Shown here: piece by piece, positions 7,610 to 18,068 of the stretch
Numbering within the stretch: position 1 is the stretch's first letter
Layout of the letters: each line of letters starts with the position of its first letter
Assembly (NCBI GenBank): GCA_938091905.1
Contig: CALKOM010000130.1
Location: 1 to 23,108, forward strand
DNA: 23,108 bases
Origin: an uncultured Verrucomicrobiales bacterium
Lineage (GTDB): Bacteria; Verrucomicrobiota; Verrucomicrobiia; Verrucomicrobiales; DEV007
Direction of reading: 5' to 3'
Position numbers and translations under genes: made by a program
The notes under the pieces: generated by a model
What the model was told of the DNA's origin: nothing
The model's input: only the letters and a program-made list of their open reading frames with translations
The model's database searches: none

Positions 7610-10126
7610 ATGTCGTCAGACGCCATCCTTGAAACGTTTCTTGATTACCTCACCACTGAGGAGATCGAGCCATACACGCATCAGGAAGAAGCCATTCTTG
7701 AACTCTACGAGGGAAAGAATGTCATTCTCAATACGCCCACTGGCTCTGGGAAATCACTTGTCGCTCTAGCACTGCACTTCCAGGCGCTCTGTCAGGGCAA
7801 GCGCTCGTATTATACCGTACCAATCAAGGCCCTGGCCAACGAGAAGTTCCTCTCCCTTTGCGAAGTTTTCGGACCAGAGAATGTCGGCATGATCACCGGA
7901 GATGCAACCGTGAATGCAAGTGCCCCAATCGTCTGTTGCACCGCAGAGATCTTGGCGAACCTCGCTCTACGCGAGGGCGCTGATGCAGATGTGGACGACG
8001 TCATCATGGACGAGTTCCACTACTACTCGGACCACAGCCGCGGCAGTGCCTGGCAAATTCCACTACTGATCCTGCCACAGGCACGCTTTCTCCTCATGTC
8101 CGCCACGCTGGGCGAAACATCCTTCTTTGAGAAAACACTCACGGATCTAACTGGCAAACCCACGACGCTCATTCAATCTGAAGATCGGCCAGTGCCATTG
8201 GTGTTCACCTACAGCGAGGACACACTTGAGGAGAAGGTGGCAGAGCTCGTCGAGCAAGACAAGGCTCCCATCTATCTCGTCAATTTCACTCAGCTTGCCT
8301 GTGCCCGCACCGCGCAGAACTTGCTCTCTACTAACTTCTGCACCAAGGAAGAGAAACGCGCGATCATCGAAGCCCTCGCCGAAGCTGATTTCCGAAGCCC
8401 CTACGGCAAAGAGGTGAGCAAGCTACTCAGACATGGGGTGGGGATTCACCATGCCGGGCTCCTCCCCAAATACCGGGTCCTCGTGGAGAAACTCACGCAA
8501 CGCGGATTGCTTAAAGTCATCTGTGGCACGGACACCCTTGGGGTGGGCGTCAATGTGCCCATCCGAACGGTGCTCTTCACCCAGCTTTGCAAGTACGATG
8601 GGCAAGGCACACGCATTCTCAGCGTACGCGACTTTAAACAAATCTGCGGACGCGCAGGCCGTCGTGGCTTTGACAGTGTTGGCTACGTGGTTGCCCAAGC
8701 GCCCGAGCACGTGATCGAGAACCGACGCCTTGAGGCCAAAGCCGGGGATAATCCCAAGAAGCGTCGCAAGATCGTCAAACGGAAGCCACCAGAGAAAGGA
8801 TTCATTGCTTGGGATGAGGCCACGTTTCAGCGACTCATAACAGCACCACCAGAGAAGCTGGTGTCACGCTTTACGATGACTCACAACATCCTACTCCACG
8901 TTCTCAGTCGAAAGCAAGAGGACGGCTGTCTAGCACTTCGTAGAATCATCGCCGATTGCCATCAGCCACAGGCCGAAAAGCCTTTGCTCAAGAAACAAGC
9001 GTGCCGACTCTTCAAAGGACTCGTTCAGGGGCAGGTCCTCACGATCATTCCTCCCCATGAGCGCACTGGATCTCACAAAGTCATCTTGAATGTCGAACTC
9101 CAGGAGGATTTCACCCTCAACCAGACACTTGGGCTCTATCTACTAAACGCGATTGGCGAACTCGATAGCGAATCCGCAAGCTACGCCTCTGATCTCCTCA
9201 CGATCATCGAAGCCATTCTCGAACATCCGATCGCCATTCTCCGCAAACAGACGGACAAGCTAAAATCAGAACTCGTCGCGTCGATGAAGGCAGACGGCAT
9301 CGAGTATGAAGAGCGCATGGAGCGCCTCGATGAAGTGGAGTGGCCCAAACCAAACCAGGAGTTTCTCTACGACACCTTCAATCGATTCGCAGCCAAGCAC
9401 CCGTGGCTCGATGGCTCCTCGATCAAGCCCAAGTCGATTGCCAGGGAAATGTTAGAGAATTACCAGTCGTTTGAAGACTACATCGTCCAGTATGAACTGC
9501 AGCGCAGCGAAGCCGTGCTCCTGCGGCATCTCACGGAAGTCTATAAGGTACTGGCGCAAACCGTTCCCCCCGCAGCCAAGACCGAGGAGGTGGAGGAGGC
9601 GGAAGCCTTCTTTGAAAATCTGGTGCGTGGAGTTGACTCCAGCCTCATCGACGAATGGGAACGCCTTCGAGATCCCGACTATGTCCCAACAACAGCCTCG
9701 GAGAGAACAGCATCCCCAAAGCGGACGCCTGCACTCTCCAGAAACAAGCCGGCGTTCACTCGACTCGTACGCAAGGGAGCCTTCGACCTGCTCAAAGCGC
9801 TCAGCCAACAACGCTGGCAAGATGCCCTTTCACTCGTCCAGCCCAAGGACCTTGATGACGTGACGTGGGACACTGCTCGCCTCAAAGCATCGTTAGAAGC
9901 GTATCTCGAAGGCCACGAATTGCTCCGACTCGATCCAGAGGCTCGCAATCGCAAGCACACCTACATCGACGAACAAACCAAACTTTGGCAAATCGATCAA
10001 GTCTTGGTCGATCCCGACGAACTAAATGACTGGGTTCTCAAGCTGTCTGTCGACTTGGCCGCGTCCGACGCCAGCAAACATCCCGTCTTCACACTGATCG
10101 GATTAGCACCAGTCGTCGATCACTAG
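7610..10126 (+). CDS. Ski2-like DEAD/DEAH-box helicase with a DUF3516-type C-terminus
   Basis: Motif I TPTGSGKS, Ia [46 protein letters not shown] and [13 protein letters not shown]-terminal [10 protein letters not shown] and [12 protein letters not shown]. Alternative start GTG 7577. Confidence 0.92.
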   Translation: MSSDAILETFLDYLTTEEIEPYTHQEEAILELYEGKNVILNTPTGSGKSLVALALHFQALCQGKRSYYTVPIKALANEKFLSLCEVFGPENVGMITGDATVNASAPIVCCTAEILANLALREGADADVDDVIMDEFHYYSDHSRGSAWQIPLLILPQARFLLMSATLGETSFFEKTLTDLTGKPTTLIQSEDRPVPLVFTYSEDTLEEKVAELVEQDKAPIYLVNFTQLACARTAQNLLSTNFCTKEEKRAIIEALAEADFRSPYGKEVSKLLRHGVGIHHAGLLPKYRVLVEKLTQRGLLKVICGTDTLGVGVNVPIRTVLFTQLCKYDGQGTRILSVRDFKQICGRAGRRGFDSVGYVVAQAPEHVIENRRLEAKAGDNPKKRRKIVKRKPPEKGFIAWDEATFQRLITAPPEKLVSRFTMTHNILLHVLSRKQEDGCLALRRIIADCHQPQAEKPLLKKQACRLFKGLVQGQVLTIIPPHERTGSHKVILNVELQEDFTLNQTLGLYLLNAIGELDSESASYASDLLTIIEAILEHPIAILRKQTDKLKSELVASMKADGIEYEERMERLDEVEWPKPNQEFLYDTFNRFAAKHPWLDGSSIKPKSIAREMLENYQSFEDYIVQYELQRSEAVLLRHLTEVYKVLAQTVPPAAKTEEVEEAEAFFENLVRGVDSSLIDEWERLRDPDYVPTTASERTASPKRTPALSRNKPAFTRLVRKGAFDLLKALSQQRWQDALSLVQPKDLDDVTWDTARLKASLEAYLEGHELLRLDPEARNRKHTYIDEQTKLWQIDQVLVDPDELNDWVLKLSVDLAASDASKHPVFTLIGLAPVVDH

Positions 10127-11457
10127 CAGGAGCCAAGCGATTCCAGCAAATTCTGGTTGAGCTGAATGCCCGCCGCAAAATTCTCGAGAGAGAAGTTCTC
10201 ATTCGGCGCGTGGGCACGACAATCCGGCAAGGCCAGCCCTAACAAAAGCGTATCTGCTCCGAGCACGTCTTTGAAAGACTGCACAATTGGAATACTACCG
10301 CCTTCGCGAATAAGAGCGGGTTCCTTGCCAAAGGTGGCTTGCAAGGCCCGCTGAGCAGCTTTTCCAAAATCATTGTGAGGATCCACTTTGTAGGGTTTCC
10401 CATCATGCCCCATCTTTAGTTCCAATGAAATGCCGGGTGGACATACGGCTTTCAAGTGCGCTTTGGCGGCCGCTAGAATCTGCGAAGGATCCTGGTCAGG
10501 AACGAGACGAAACGACAGCTTAAGCATCGCTTCGGCAGGAATCACCGTCTTGGAGCCCTCGCCCTGGTAGCCCGCCCCAATACCGTTGACCTCAGCAGTA
10601 GGTCGGCCCCAGGTACGCTCTAGACTCGTGTAGTCAGCCTCTCCGTAAAGCGTAGACACCCCTGTGAGGGAGATCATTTCAGCATCATCCAAGGGGAGGT
10701 TTGACCAGGCTTGGCGTTCCCAATCTTCTAACGGAACCACGGCATCATAAAACCCATCAATCTGCACACGGCCACTGGCCACCTCATGAAGACTAGCCGC
10801 GAGCTGAGCCACTGCAGTCGCAGGATTTGCAACGGTCCCTCCATAGATTCCGGAGTGCAGATCCGTAGAGGGTCCCTTCAGCAGAACCTCGAGACAAGCG
10901 ATCCCTCGCAAACCGTAAGTAAACGTAGGCACACCAGGAGCCACCATTCCAGTGTCAGAGATAGCCACTACATCGCACAAGAGACTATCACGATGCTCTT
11001 CAAGAAACGGTTCAAGGTTTGGGCTACCTATCTCCTCTTCCCCCTCAAAGAGGAACGTAAGATTCACAGGAAGGTCTTTCCCTGCAGCCAGGGTTTTCTC
11101 CACACCGAGAAGGTGCGCTAACAATTGCCCCTTATTGTCAGTAGAACCGCGAGCATAGATACGGTCGCCCGCGATATGCGGCTCGAAAGGCGGATGATCC
11201 CACAGCTCCAGTGGATCTACAGGTTGGACATCATAGTGCCCGTAGATCATCACCGTCTTGCGTCCTTCTATATGCTTATTTTTGGCAAGAACGACAGGAT
11301 GCCCCTTGGTCGGATGCTTCTCAACATCTAGCCCGCTTTTCTGAAGCCGCTCGACCAACCAATCCGCGCAGTCATTCACATGTCCGCGCGAGGCACTATC
11401 AGTAGAAATGCTAGGAAAACGAAGAAATTCGTCGAGGACTTTGACATCGGCATTCAT
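10123..11457 (-). CDS. M20 family metallo-dipeptidase (ArgE/DapE-like)
   Basis: Motifs [36 protein letters not shown] and AHAPNE. Overlaps the helicase stop by 4 bp (convergent). Confidence 0.93.
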   Translation of the reverse strand: MNADVKVLDEFLRFPSISTDSASRGHVNDCADWLVERLQKSGLDVEKHPTKGHPVVLAKNKHIEGRKTVMIYGHYDVQPVDPLELWDHPPFEPHIAGDRIYARGSTDNKGQLLAHLLGVEKTLAAGKDLPVNLTFLFEGEEEIGSPNLEPFLEEHRDSLLCDVVAISDTGMVAPGVPTFTYGLRGIACLEVLLKGPSTDLHSGIYGGTVANPATAVAQLAASLHEVASGRVQIDGFYDAVVPLEDWERQAWSNLPLDDAEMISLTGVSTLYGEADYTSLERTWGRPTAEVNGIGAGYQGEGSKTVIPAEAMLKLSFRLVPDQDPSQILAAAKAHLKAVCPPGISLELKMGHDGKPYKVDPHNDFGKAAQRALQATFGKEPALIREGGSIPIVQSFKDVLGADTLLLGLALPDCRAHAPNENFSLENFAAGIQLNQNLLESLGSC

Positions 11458-11488
11458 GCCCTTCGGTAGCCTGCCCCGCCTAGGCGCG

Positions 11489-13651
11489 TCAATCGGTTTT
11501 CGGTTCCAGTTCTGGATCCGATCCTCGATCTGTTTCCGGCGCCAGCTCCGGTTCTGCCAATATCGGAAAGAGCCTTAGCAGCTCTTTCTTGTTCACCGGG
11601 GGCAGTGCCTTGCTAAGTAATAGTCTCTCTGCAGTGACCAATGCGGTATTATAGTCACTCGTGAGCTGGCTCAACGCCTGGAGAAACGCGTTCCGTGCTT
11701 TGCCAAGATCGATATCGTCATTGAGCAGCCTGAGCTCCAATTCTTGAATCAGGGACTCATTCGTTGGCGCTTCTCCCGGTTTGAGCAGCAGGCTGGAATA
11801 CGTTTCCAATGCATACCTCGCTTCGTCACCCTCCATGGCCCCTTCGAGAAGGGTGGCAAGTTCCTGGGAACGCCCAGGCCATTCCTCAAAAGCCCGCAGG
11901 ACAGCCATACGGTCTCGTCTAATCGCAGGATCATTCCCAGACTGGTCCAGCAGCTGTTTCAAGCTATCAAAGGCCCTAGGCGTACCCAGCGATCCTAACA
12001 CGCGCATCAAAGCATAACTCGGAATCCCCTTCTTATCCTCTAATACGTCGACTACCAAATCTGTCGCTTTCACCTGGTCCACGCGATCAGCAATCGCTTG
12101 CAAAGCTACTTCTGATCCAGGGCCTCCATGGAAATGCTTTAAGATGCCCTTAAATGCGTAATCTCTACCGATCCCTCCAGCACCAAGAGCATGGTAGGCC
12201 TTACTACTGACCCGCACTTCTCGGTCAGGCTGGGTCATCTCCACTAACAATTCTTCCGCACTCAGGATTGTGCGATAATCGATCGCCTCGATGAGAGCTT
12301 CCTGCGCATTCGCAGTCTTGGCGTTGGCCAGCGCCAGCACGATCGCTCCATTGATCGCCTCTTTCCTGCCATTCTCTTCTTCCAAATGGAGAAGAAGATT
12401 CTTAGCTGTCGTCACCGCGATGGGAGAAGAATAATCTAAAAAGCCGACGATGAGTGGAATGTCTTGCGGCGTCCCAGTCGGTGGATTTTCAGCGGCCAAG
12501 GCTTCAAGTTTAGTCACGGCCTCATGTTGCACTCCCCTCTTCGCCATGGCGGCAACTCCAAGCCCCGCTGCAGCCAACACCACGACGCCAAGCGCAATCC
12601 ACCAATAAAGTAACCGACTCTCAGGTCTCGGCATGGCGGTCACCGCTGCCGTGACCAAAGTCTGATAGTCGACTTTCCCTTGATCTGCTCCTTCTCCTCC
12701 AGGTAACGGCATCACCGCGGTGGTCTTGTGGGGAGGCGGAACGATGAGCCTCCGCGACGTGGTATTGAGCGGCGATGCAGCCTTCAATCCGGACAAAGAC
12801 ACAGAATTGGTGATAGGGTCGATTGGATCAGCAAGTTGCTGAAAATTCTCGAAAGCTTCTTTCGAATCCTGAGGGCGATCATTGGAATACCGATTGACCA
12901 ACCACATGACCCACTGACAAATCACTGGAGGCAAGTCCGCTCGGATTTGTTCTAGCGGAATGACTGTTCCCTGTAGGTGACTTGCCATCACTTGTGCGGC
13001 ACTATCACCCTGAAAAGGATACTGCCCTGTCAGGCAATAGTAGTAGAGGCATCCCATCGAGTAGAGATCTGTCCGCTTGTCCAAGTTTCCCCGCTCAAAT
13101 TGTTCCGGTGCCATGAAGTAGATTGAACCAAAGATAGCGTCCCCTTGATCGATCGTCTGTGGCGCTGGCGTGCTACTAAATTTCGCAAGGCTAAAGTCGA
13201 GAATCTTCACCTGAAACTTCTTACTTGGCAGCCAATTCACCATGACATTTGTCGGCTTCAGATCGCGATGGAGCACACCAACCGCTTCAGCCGCCATGAG
13301 CGCCTCCATCGTTTGAGAAACGACTTCGCAGAAATCTCGCATCGTTAGGACGCCACGTTGTACCACCTGGTCCAGCGTTTCCCCCTTCAGGAGTTCCATC
13401 ACCACGAACGCCCCCTCTTCGTCTAGGCCGATGTCGTAGACCGTGATGATATTGGGATGCTGCAGTGCTGAAAGTGTCGTCGCTTCTTTCAGAATCAGCT
13501 CCGCTGGGGTCGCGCCGCCGGCAACATCTTCTTCGGTCGGCAGCATCCGCTTGATCGCTACAGACCGCTTCAACTGCGTGTCGTAGGCACGGTAAACCGC
13601 CCCAATCCCGCCTTGCCCGATCTTCTCCTGAATCTCGTAGCGGTCACTCAT
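11489..13651 (-). CDS. Membrane-anchored Hanks-type Ser/Thr protein kinase with a C-terminal HEAT-like helical domain
   Basis: GQGGIGAV, VAIK, HRDLKPTN, DFS (in place of DFG), MAPEQ and DLYSMG. TM segment WWIALGVVVLAAAGLGVAAMA. HEAT-like LMRVLGSLGTPRAFDSLKQLL. Confidence 0.92.
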   Translation of the reverse strand: MSDRYEIQEKIGQGGIGAVYRAYDTQLKRSVAIKRMLPTEEDVAGGATPAELILKEATTLSALQHPNIITVYDIGLDEEGAFVVMELLKGETLDQVVQRGVLTMRDFCEVVSQTMEALMAAEAVGVLHRDLKPTNVMVNWLPSKKFQVKILDFSLAKFSSTPAPQTIDQGDAIFGSIYFMAPEQFERGNLDKRTDLYSMGCLYYYCLTGQYPFQGDSAAQVMASHLQGTVIPLEQIRADLPPVICQWVMWLVNRYSNDRPQDSKEAFENFQQLADPIDPITNSVSLSGLKAASPLNTTSRRLIVPPPHKTTAVMPLPGGEGADQGKVDYQTLVTAAVTAMPRPESRLLYWWIALGVVVLAAAGLGVAAMAKRGVQHEAVTKLEALAAENPPTGTPQDIPLIVGFLDYSSPIAVTTAKNLLLHLEEENGRKEAINGAIVLALANAKTANAQEALIEAIDYRTILSAEELLVEMTQPDREVRVSSKAYHALGAGGIGRDYAFKGILKHFHGGPGSEVALQAIADRVDQVKATDLVVDVLEDKKGIPSYALMRVLGSLGTPRAFDSLKQLLDQSGNDPAIRRDRMAVLRAFEEWPGRSQELATLLEGAMEGDEARYALETYSSLLLKPGEAPTNESLIQELELRLLNDDIDLGKARNAFLQALSQLTSDYNTALVTAERLLLSKALPPVNKKELLRLFPILAEPELAPETDRGSDPELEPKTD

Positions 13652-13796
13652 GCGGTAGGGGCCGTGGGCAGTAGTAGGGTTGATGAGGGCTTCAGCAGCA
13701 TCACAGATTCCATCTGGAATATGATCGGCACTCGCCGGAATTCAAAGTGGGAATTTGCAGGCATTTCACCATCGCTCAGGGCCATTGTTTCAAGAA

Positions 13797-13823
13797 TTCA
13801 TGGTCCATTCACAGGACGTTCAC
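13797..13823 (+). promoter_or_regulatory. cre-tag (CreB binding site), three direct repeats with an 11-bp period
   Basis: TTCAT-GGTCCA-TTCAC-AGGACG-TTCAC. Positions 13808-13823 match the known CreB/BlrA consensus TTCACnnnnnnTTCAC exactly and lie upstream of creBC. A candidate -10 (CAAACT, 13834-13839) is 10 bp downstream. Confidence 0.75.
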
Positions 13824-13848
13824 AGAGGTGCGCCAAACTGTAAAGACC

Positions 13849-13965
13849 ATGGAGCAGTGCCTGAAAACCATACACCCACGCCTGATTCTCTTAGACTGGT
13901 GGCCAAGGCGCTGGAGTGGGCCCTCTCCATGCACTTGCCGATACGCCCAGTGCCGTCCATGCTAA
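13849..13965 (+). CDS. Putative 38-aa Cys-rich small protein
   Basis: MEQCLKTIHPRLILLDWWPRRWSGPSPCTCRYAQCRPC*. Its ATG follows the cre-tag promoter and its stop is 17 bp before the creB ATG. No recognised homology. Confidence 0.3.
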   Translation: MEQCLKTIHPRLILLDWWPRRWSGPSPCTCRYAQCRPC

Positions 13966-13982
13966 TCGCGTTCTCGCCTTTC

Positions 13983-14684
13983 ATGACCAATCTCCGCAAA
14001 CAGCGCATCCTCATCGTAGAAGATGAGCCATCCATCTTGGACAACATCGCCTACTCCCTAGAGACCGAGGGCTTTGACCCCGTTGGCTGCACGACTGGCG
14101 GCGACGCCTTGGGTCGCTTCGACGAGGGATTCGATCTAGCAGTCCTTGATGTGGGCCTGCCGGATGTCAGTGGATTCGAACTCTGCAAGGAGATCCGTAA
14201 GACCTCACTATTGCCTATCATCTTTCTGACTGCACGAGCTTCGGAACTCGACCGTATCGTTGGTTTGGAGATCGGCGGGGACGACTACATGGTGAAACCA
14301 TTCAGCCCGCGTGAGCTTAGCGCTAGGGTGAAGGCTGTCCTTAGACGATGCGGGGAGCCAGAGCCTATAATCCATGAACCTACACCAAGCGGACTACCCT
14401 TGCAGATCGACGACGAGCGGATCCAGGTCACCTACTATAGCGAAATCCTCTCACTCTCCTCAACCGAGTTTCGCCTCCTTCGCCTCTTTGCCAGACATCC
14501 AGGACGCGTCTATACACGCACCCAACTCATGAACAGCGTCTGGAAAGAGCCGGAAGCAGCCATGGAACGTACCGTGGACGCACACATCAAGAGCCTACGC
14601 GCCAAGATGAAAGCGGTGAAGCCAGAGATCGATCCAATCGAAACCCATCGCGGCATGGGTTACGCACTGAAGGAACGCTGGTGA
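13983..14684 (+). CDS. creB: Two-component response regulator CreB (OmpR family)
   Basis: Receiver motifs ILIVEDE, LDVGLPD, FLTAR and DDYMVKPF. Winged helix with PEAAMERTVDAHIKSLRAK...IETHRGMGY, typical of CreB. GTGA overlap with creC. Confidence 0.9.
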   Translation: MTNLRKQRILIVEDEPSILDNIAYSLETEGFDPVGCTTGGDALGRFDEGFDLAVLDVGLPDVSGFELCKEIRKTSLLPIIFLTARASELDRIVGLEIGGDDYMVKPFSPRELSARVKAVLRRCGEPEPIIHEPTPSGLPLQIDDERIQVTYYSEILSLSSTEFRLLRLFARHPGRVYTRTQLMNSVWKEPEAAMERTVDAHIKSLRAKMKAVKPEIDPIETHRGMGYALKERW

Positions 14685-16126
14685 GCACGTCCGCCCGCAT
14701 TCTGATCGCCTTTCTCGTTCTACTCTTTGGAGGGCTTGTCTACCTCGCGCGAGATCTCACCCTGCGCGTCGAACGCCAGTACATGGAAGCTGCCGAGGAG
14801 CCCATGGTCGACGCCGCGTATCTCTTCGCCTCGCTAGTCGAACAGTTCACAGATGATCGGGGCATCCAGGTAGACGCTCTGCGCAAGTCCTTTGCTAGAG
14901 CACACGAACGTCGCTTCTCTGCCAAGATCTACAACTTCGAGAAGACCAAGGTGAAGATGCATCTCTACGTCACGGACGCGGATGGCCTCGTCCTCTACGA
15001 TTCGCGCGGCGAAGCCGAAGGTCAGAACTACCGTCGAATGCTCGATGTGGGGCGTAGCCTAAAAGGCATCTATGGAGCACGGAGTAGCCGCACCAATGAA
15101 TCGAATGATCGCTCCTCGATCCTCTATGTCTCGGCACCGGTCACCCGCGAAGGCAAGATCGTCGGAGTTGTCAGCGTCTCGAAACCTCAGGCAGACATGT
15201 TTCCGTTCATGGAGGCTACTCAGGAACACATTCGCTGGATGGCGTTGAGTAGCTTTGTCGCCATCGCGCTGATTGCCAGCCTCTTCACGAGCTGGCTCGC
15301 GACGCCAATTCGCAAACTCACCGCGTATGCCCGGCAACTCGGCCAGGGAGAACGCCGTGCCGTCCCCAAGTTACGTAGCCGAGAAGCGCGCTTGTTAGGC
15401 GAAGCCTTCGAAGACCTTCGCGACAAACTTGAAGGTCGCCAGTATGTCGAAGGTTATGTCAGAACCTTAACGCATGAGATGAAGAGCCCCATTGCGGCGA
15501 TCAAAGGTGCTGCAGAACTACTTCAAGAAGACATGCCGCCAGAGAGGCGAGAGCACTTTCTCTCCAACATCGATGCCGAGACCGCGCGAATGCAGGATGT
15601 GATCGATCGCCTACTGGCCCTCTCAACTGTTGAGAATCGCAAAACCCTCGAAGCGCCCGAGAGGCTCAACGTCTCGCAACTTGTGCGCGAGGTGATCGAG
15701 AGCCATGACACCGCACTCGAAAACTGTCGGCTGACTCTTGAAACGGACCTCCCACCGGACCTTTGGGTTCGCGGCGATGCGGCGCTCTTGGAAATGGCTT
15801 TGAGCAATCTCCTTCAGAATGCAATCGAGTTCTCGCCGCCAGGCGAAGCCATCCAGATCCGCGCCTCTTCCGACCAGTCCAACGGACTCGTCATCACAGT
15901 GAAGGACCACGGCCCAGGCATCCCCACGTATGCACTAGAGCGCGCGTTCGACCACTTCTACTCGCTACAGCGCCCAAACTCCGGCAAGAAGAGTTCGGGG
16001 TTAGGACTCTGCATCGTGCGTGAGATCATGGAACTCCACGGCGGTTCAGCCACGCTCGAGAACGTCGCTGACCACGGTGCTCTTGCCACGGTGCGGTTCC
16101 CCCAAGAAGAGGTACGCACCGAGTAA
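14681..16126 (+). CDS. creC: Two-component sensor histidine kinase CreC (PhoM)
   Basis: Two TM segments and a periplasmic domain with CreC-like LYVTDADGLVLYDS...SLKGIYGARSSR. HAMP domain, LEGRQYVEGYVRTLTHEMKSP (H-box), NLLQNAIEFSP and KKSSGLGL. Confidence 0.92.
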   Translation: MSTSARILIAFLVLLFGGLVYLARDLTLRVERQYMEAAEEPMVDAAYLFASLVEQFTDDRGIQVDALRKSFARAHERRFSAKIYNFEKTKVKMHLYVTDADGLVLYDSRGEAEGQNYRRMLDVGRSLKGIYGARSSRTNESNDRSSILYVSAPVTREGKIVGVVSVSKPQADMFPFMEATQEHIRWMALSSFVAIALIASLFTSWLATPIRKLTAYARQLGQGERRAVPKLRSREARLLGEAFEDLRDKLEGRQYVEGYVRTLTHEMKSPIAAIKGAAELLQEDMPPERREHFLSNIDAETARMQDVIDRLLALSTVENRKTLEAPERLNVSQLVREVIESHDTALENCRLTLETDLPPDLWVRGDAALLEMALSNLLQNAIEFSPPGEAIQIRASSDQSNGLVITVKDHGPGIPTYALERAFDHFYSLQRPNSGKKSSGLGLCIVREIMELHGGSATLENVADHGALATVRFPQEEVRTE

Positions 16127-16138
16127 CAGATCGCGATT

Positions 16139-17857
16139 CTAATGCCGCGGATGCCCGGACATCTCGTGAGCCGCCTCCATGACATTCAGAGCATGGTTGC
16201 CCATCTTCTCTAGCTGATTACTCATGTCGATGTTCAGCATCTCAGACTTGATGTCGCCTTTGTCCTGCATGCGCATCATGGCTGCCTTGTTAAACTTCTG
16301 GCGATGCTCGTCAATGAGGTTCTCAAGCTTGTTCGCGTCCTTAATTGCCGTCGCGGTAATAGGCTCAAAGAGGTGCTTCAGATTGAAGTCAATGAACTCA
16401 GAAACAGTGGCAGCTTGCTCGCGTATGCCGCCGATGATATCAGAGCTCAAGTCTTGGCCCTTCTCGACTTTCCGCTGCATTAGCTTCACAAGGTGATACT
16501 GACAGTCAGATATCTCCTCGAACTCGGCCACAATCCGCAGCATGCCCGTGATGTTCGTCGCGTAGGCATCACTCAGTTCATTCGTAGAACATCGCACTAA
16601 GTACTCCGTGATGCCGTGCATCATCACATCACAATCGTCTTCCTGTTGAGCCAATTTCTCGACTTTCGATTCAAGTTCGCTCGTCGGATTGTCTAGCACC
16701 TGCATGAAGGTGTCCATCATCTCTCGATTCACCTTGCCCATTTCACGAACTTCGTTCTCGGCTTCAGGAAGGTTGAGTTCACCGACGTCGACAAAGCTCT
16801 GGGAGATATACTTGAGACGTTGGCGTCCACCCGTCCCGTCGTCCGTTTCTTTGACCCACTTCGTCACGACCTTTGCAATCAGCGGCACAAAGCCAATCAG
16901 GAACAGAATGTTCAGAAGGTTGAAGGTGGTGTGGAAGATCGCAAGATTGAAGCCGATGTCCGAGGCATGCTCGCTCCGGAAGCTCTCAGGAAGATGCTCA
17001 CCAAGCCATTGTACGCCGCCGGTGAACGGATAGAAGAGGACCAGCATCCAAATCACGCCCATCACGTTGAAGACAAAGTGCGCTCGAGCCGCTCGCTTCG
17101 CATTGGTATTCGCCCCTAAGGAAGCAAGCCACGCTGTCACCGTCGTTCCGATGTTCTCACCCAACACAATGGCGCAAGATTCTTCGAAACCGATCCAACC
17201 AGCCATAGCCAGCGTGACCGTAATGGCCATTGCAGCTGAAGAGGACTGCACAATCAATGTCAGGATCACACCACCAAACAAGAATATGAGGAGAGAACCG
17301 TAGCTGTAGCCACTCAGTCCCTTTATCCGCTCAAGCCAATCGTTGGCCTGCGCCTGGACAGCTGGATCAGCACTTGCAAGCATCCCTTTCACATCGGGCA
17401 CCGCATCCTTGAGCAGGCCGAGACCAAAGAAGAGCAGACCAAAGCCGACGAGAATCTCACCGAAGCTCTTCGCCTTGTTCTTACCGATAAAGAGGAGAGG
17501 CATGCCAATGCCGATGATAGGAATAGCGATCTTCGCGAGGCTAAACTTACCGACCGCAGCAATAATCCACGCCGTGATGGTCGTTCCAAGATTTGCTCCC
17601 ATGATCACTCCAATGGACTCGACGAGTGTCAGGAGGCTAGCATTCACAAAGCTCACTACGATAACTGTGGTCGCAGACGAGGACTGCAGCAGGCAGGTAG
17701 TCAGGAAACCAGTGCCGACACCCGCAAAGCGGTTCGTCGTCATCGTCGCCATGATTTTCCGCATGCCTTCGCCAGCGGTCTTCTGGATGCCCTCACTGAG
17801 GACCTTCATGCCGAATAGAAAGACACCGAGGCATCCGAGAATTTGAAGTATAATCAT
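16139..17857 (-). CDS. Na/Pi cotransporter family protein (NptA/YjbB-like) with C-terminal PhoU-like domains
   Basis: Repeated QSSS motifs (LLQSSSATT, IVQSSSAAM), GANLGTT and GENIGTT, many TM helices and a soluble helical C-terminus (QLEKMGNH). ATG 17857 preferred. Confidence 0.93.
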   Translation of the reverse strand: MIILQILGCLGVFLFGMKVLSEGIQKTAGEGMRKIMATMTTNRFAGVGTGFLTTCLLQSSSATTVIVVSFVNASLLTLVESIGVIMGANLGTTITAWIIAAVGKFSLAKIAIPIIGIGMPLLFIGKNKAKSFGEILVGFGLLFFGLGLLKDAVPDVKGMLASADPAVQAQANDWLERIKGLSGYSYGSLLIFLFGGVILTLIVQSSSAAMAITVTLAMAGWIGFEESCAIVLGENIGTTVTAWLASLGANTNAKRAARAHFVFNVMGVIWMLVLFYPFTGGVQWLGEHLPESFRSEHASDIGFNLAIFHTTFNLLNILFLIGFVPLIAKVVTKWVKETDDGTGGRQRLKYISQSFVDVGELNLPEAENEVREMGKVNREMMDTFMQVLDNPTSELESKVEKLAQQEDDCDVMMHGITEYLVRCSTNELSDAYATNITGMLRIVAEFEEISDCQYHLVKLMQRKVEKGQDLSSDIIGGIREQAATVSEFIDFNLKHLFEPITATAIKDANKLENLIDEHRQKFNKAAMMRMQDKGDIKSEMLNIDMSNQLEKMGNHALNVMEAAHEMSGHPRH

Positions 17858-17917
17858 CGTTGGTTGGATATCTTTTTCGTAGCAGCCCAATCCATGGAAG
17901 GACGACAGGTGCCGACA

Positions 17918-17979
17918 TGTGACAGGAACGTCACACTCAAATCAATACCCAATCTATTTATGTGACAGAATCGTGACAC
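17918..17979. promoter_or_regulatory. Two Pho-box-like elements in the divergent Na/Pi-phoU promoter region
   Basis: The minus strand of 17962-17979 reads GTGTCAC-GATT-CTGTCAC, matching the Pho-box type CTGTCAY-N4-CTGTCAY. The minus strand of 17919-17936 reads GTGTGAC-GTTC-CTGTCAC. The two are 43 bp apart. Confidence 0.65.
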
Positions 17980-18068
17980 TTCATTGCTCATCATTGAGAA
18001 GAGGACTATTAGACGAGGTCCTGCTCCCGGGCGATCAATCGCCCGTAAGGGAGAGACATCGTTATCTC

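Noticed and set aside
7610..13651. Helicase + kinase + peptidase as an anti-phage defence module
   Set aside because: The genes are on opposite strands and belong to common housekeeping-type families. There is no nuclease, methylase or other defence partner.
13755..13982. 76-aa N-terminal extension of CreB
   Set aside because: The receiver domain begins just after ATG 13983, and the extension runs across the cre-tag promoter.
17918..17935. Canonical CRP site
   Set aside because: The spacing is TGTGA-N8-TCACA rather than the N6 required for CRP. Kept only as an unassigned palindrome.
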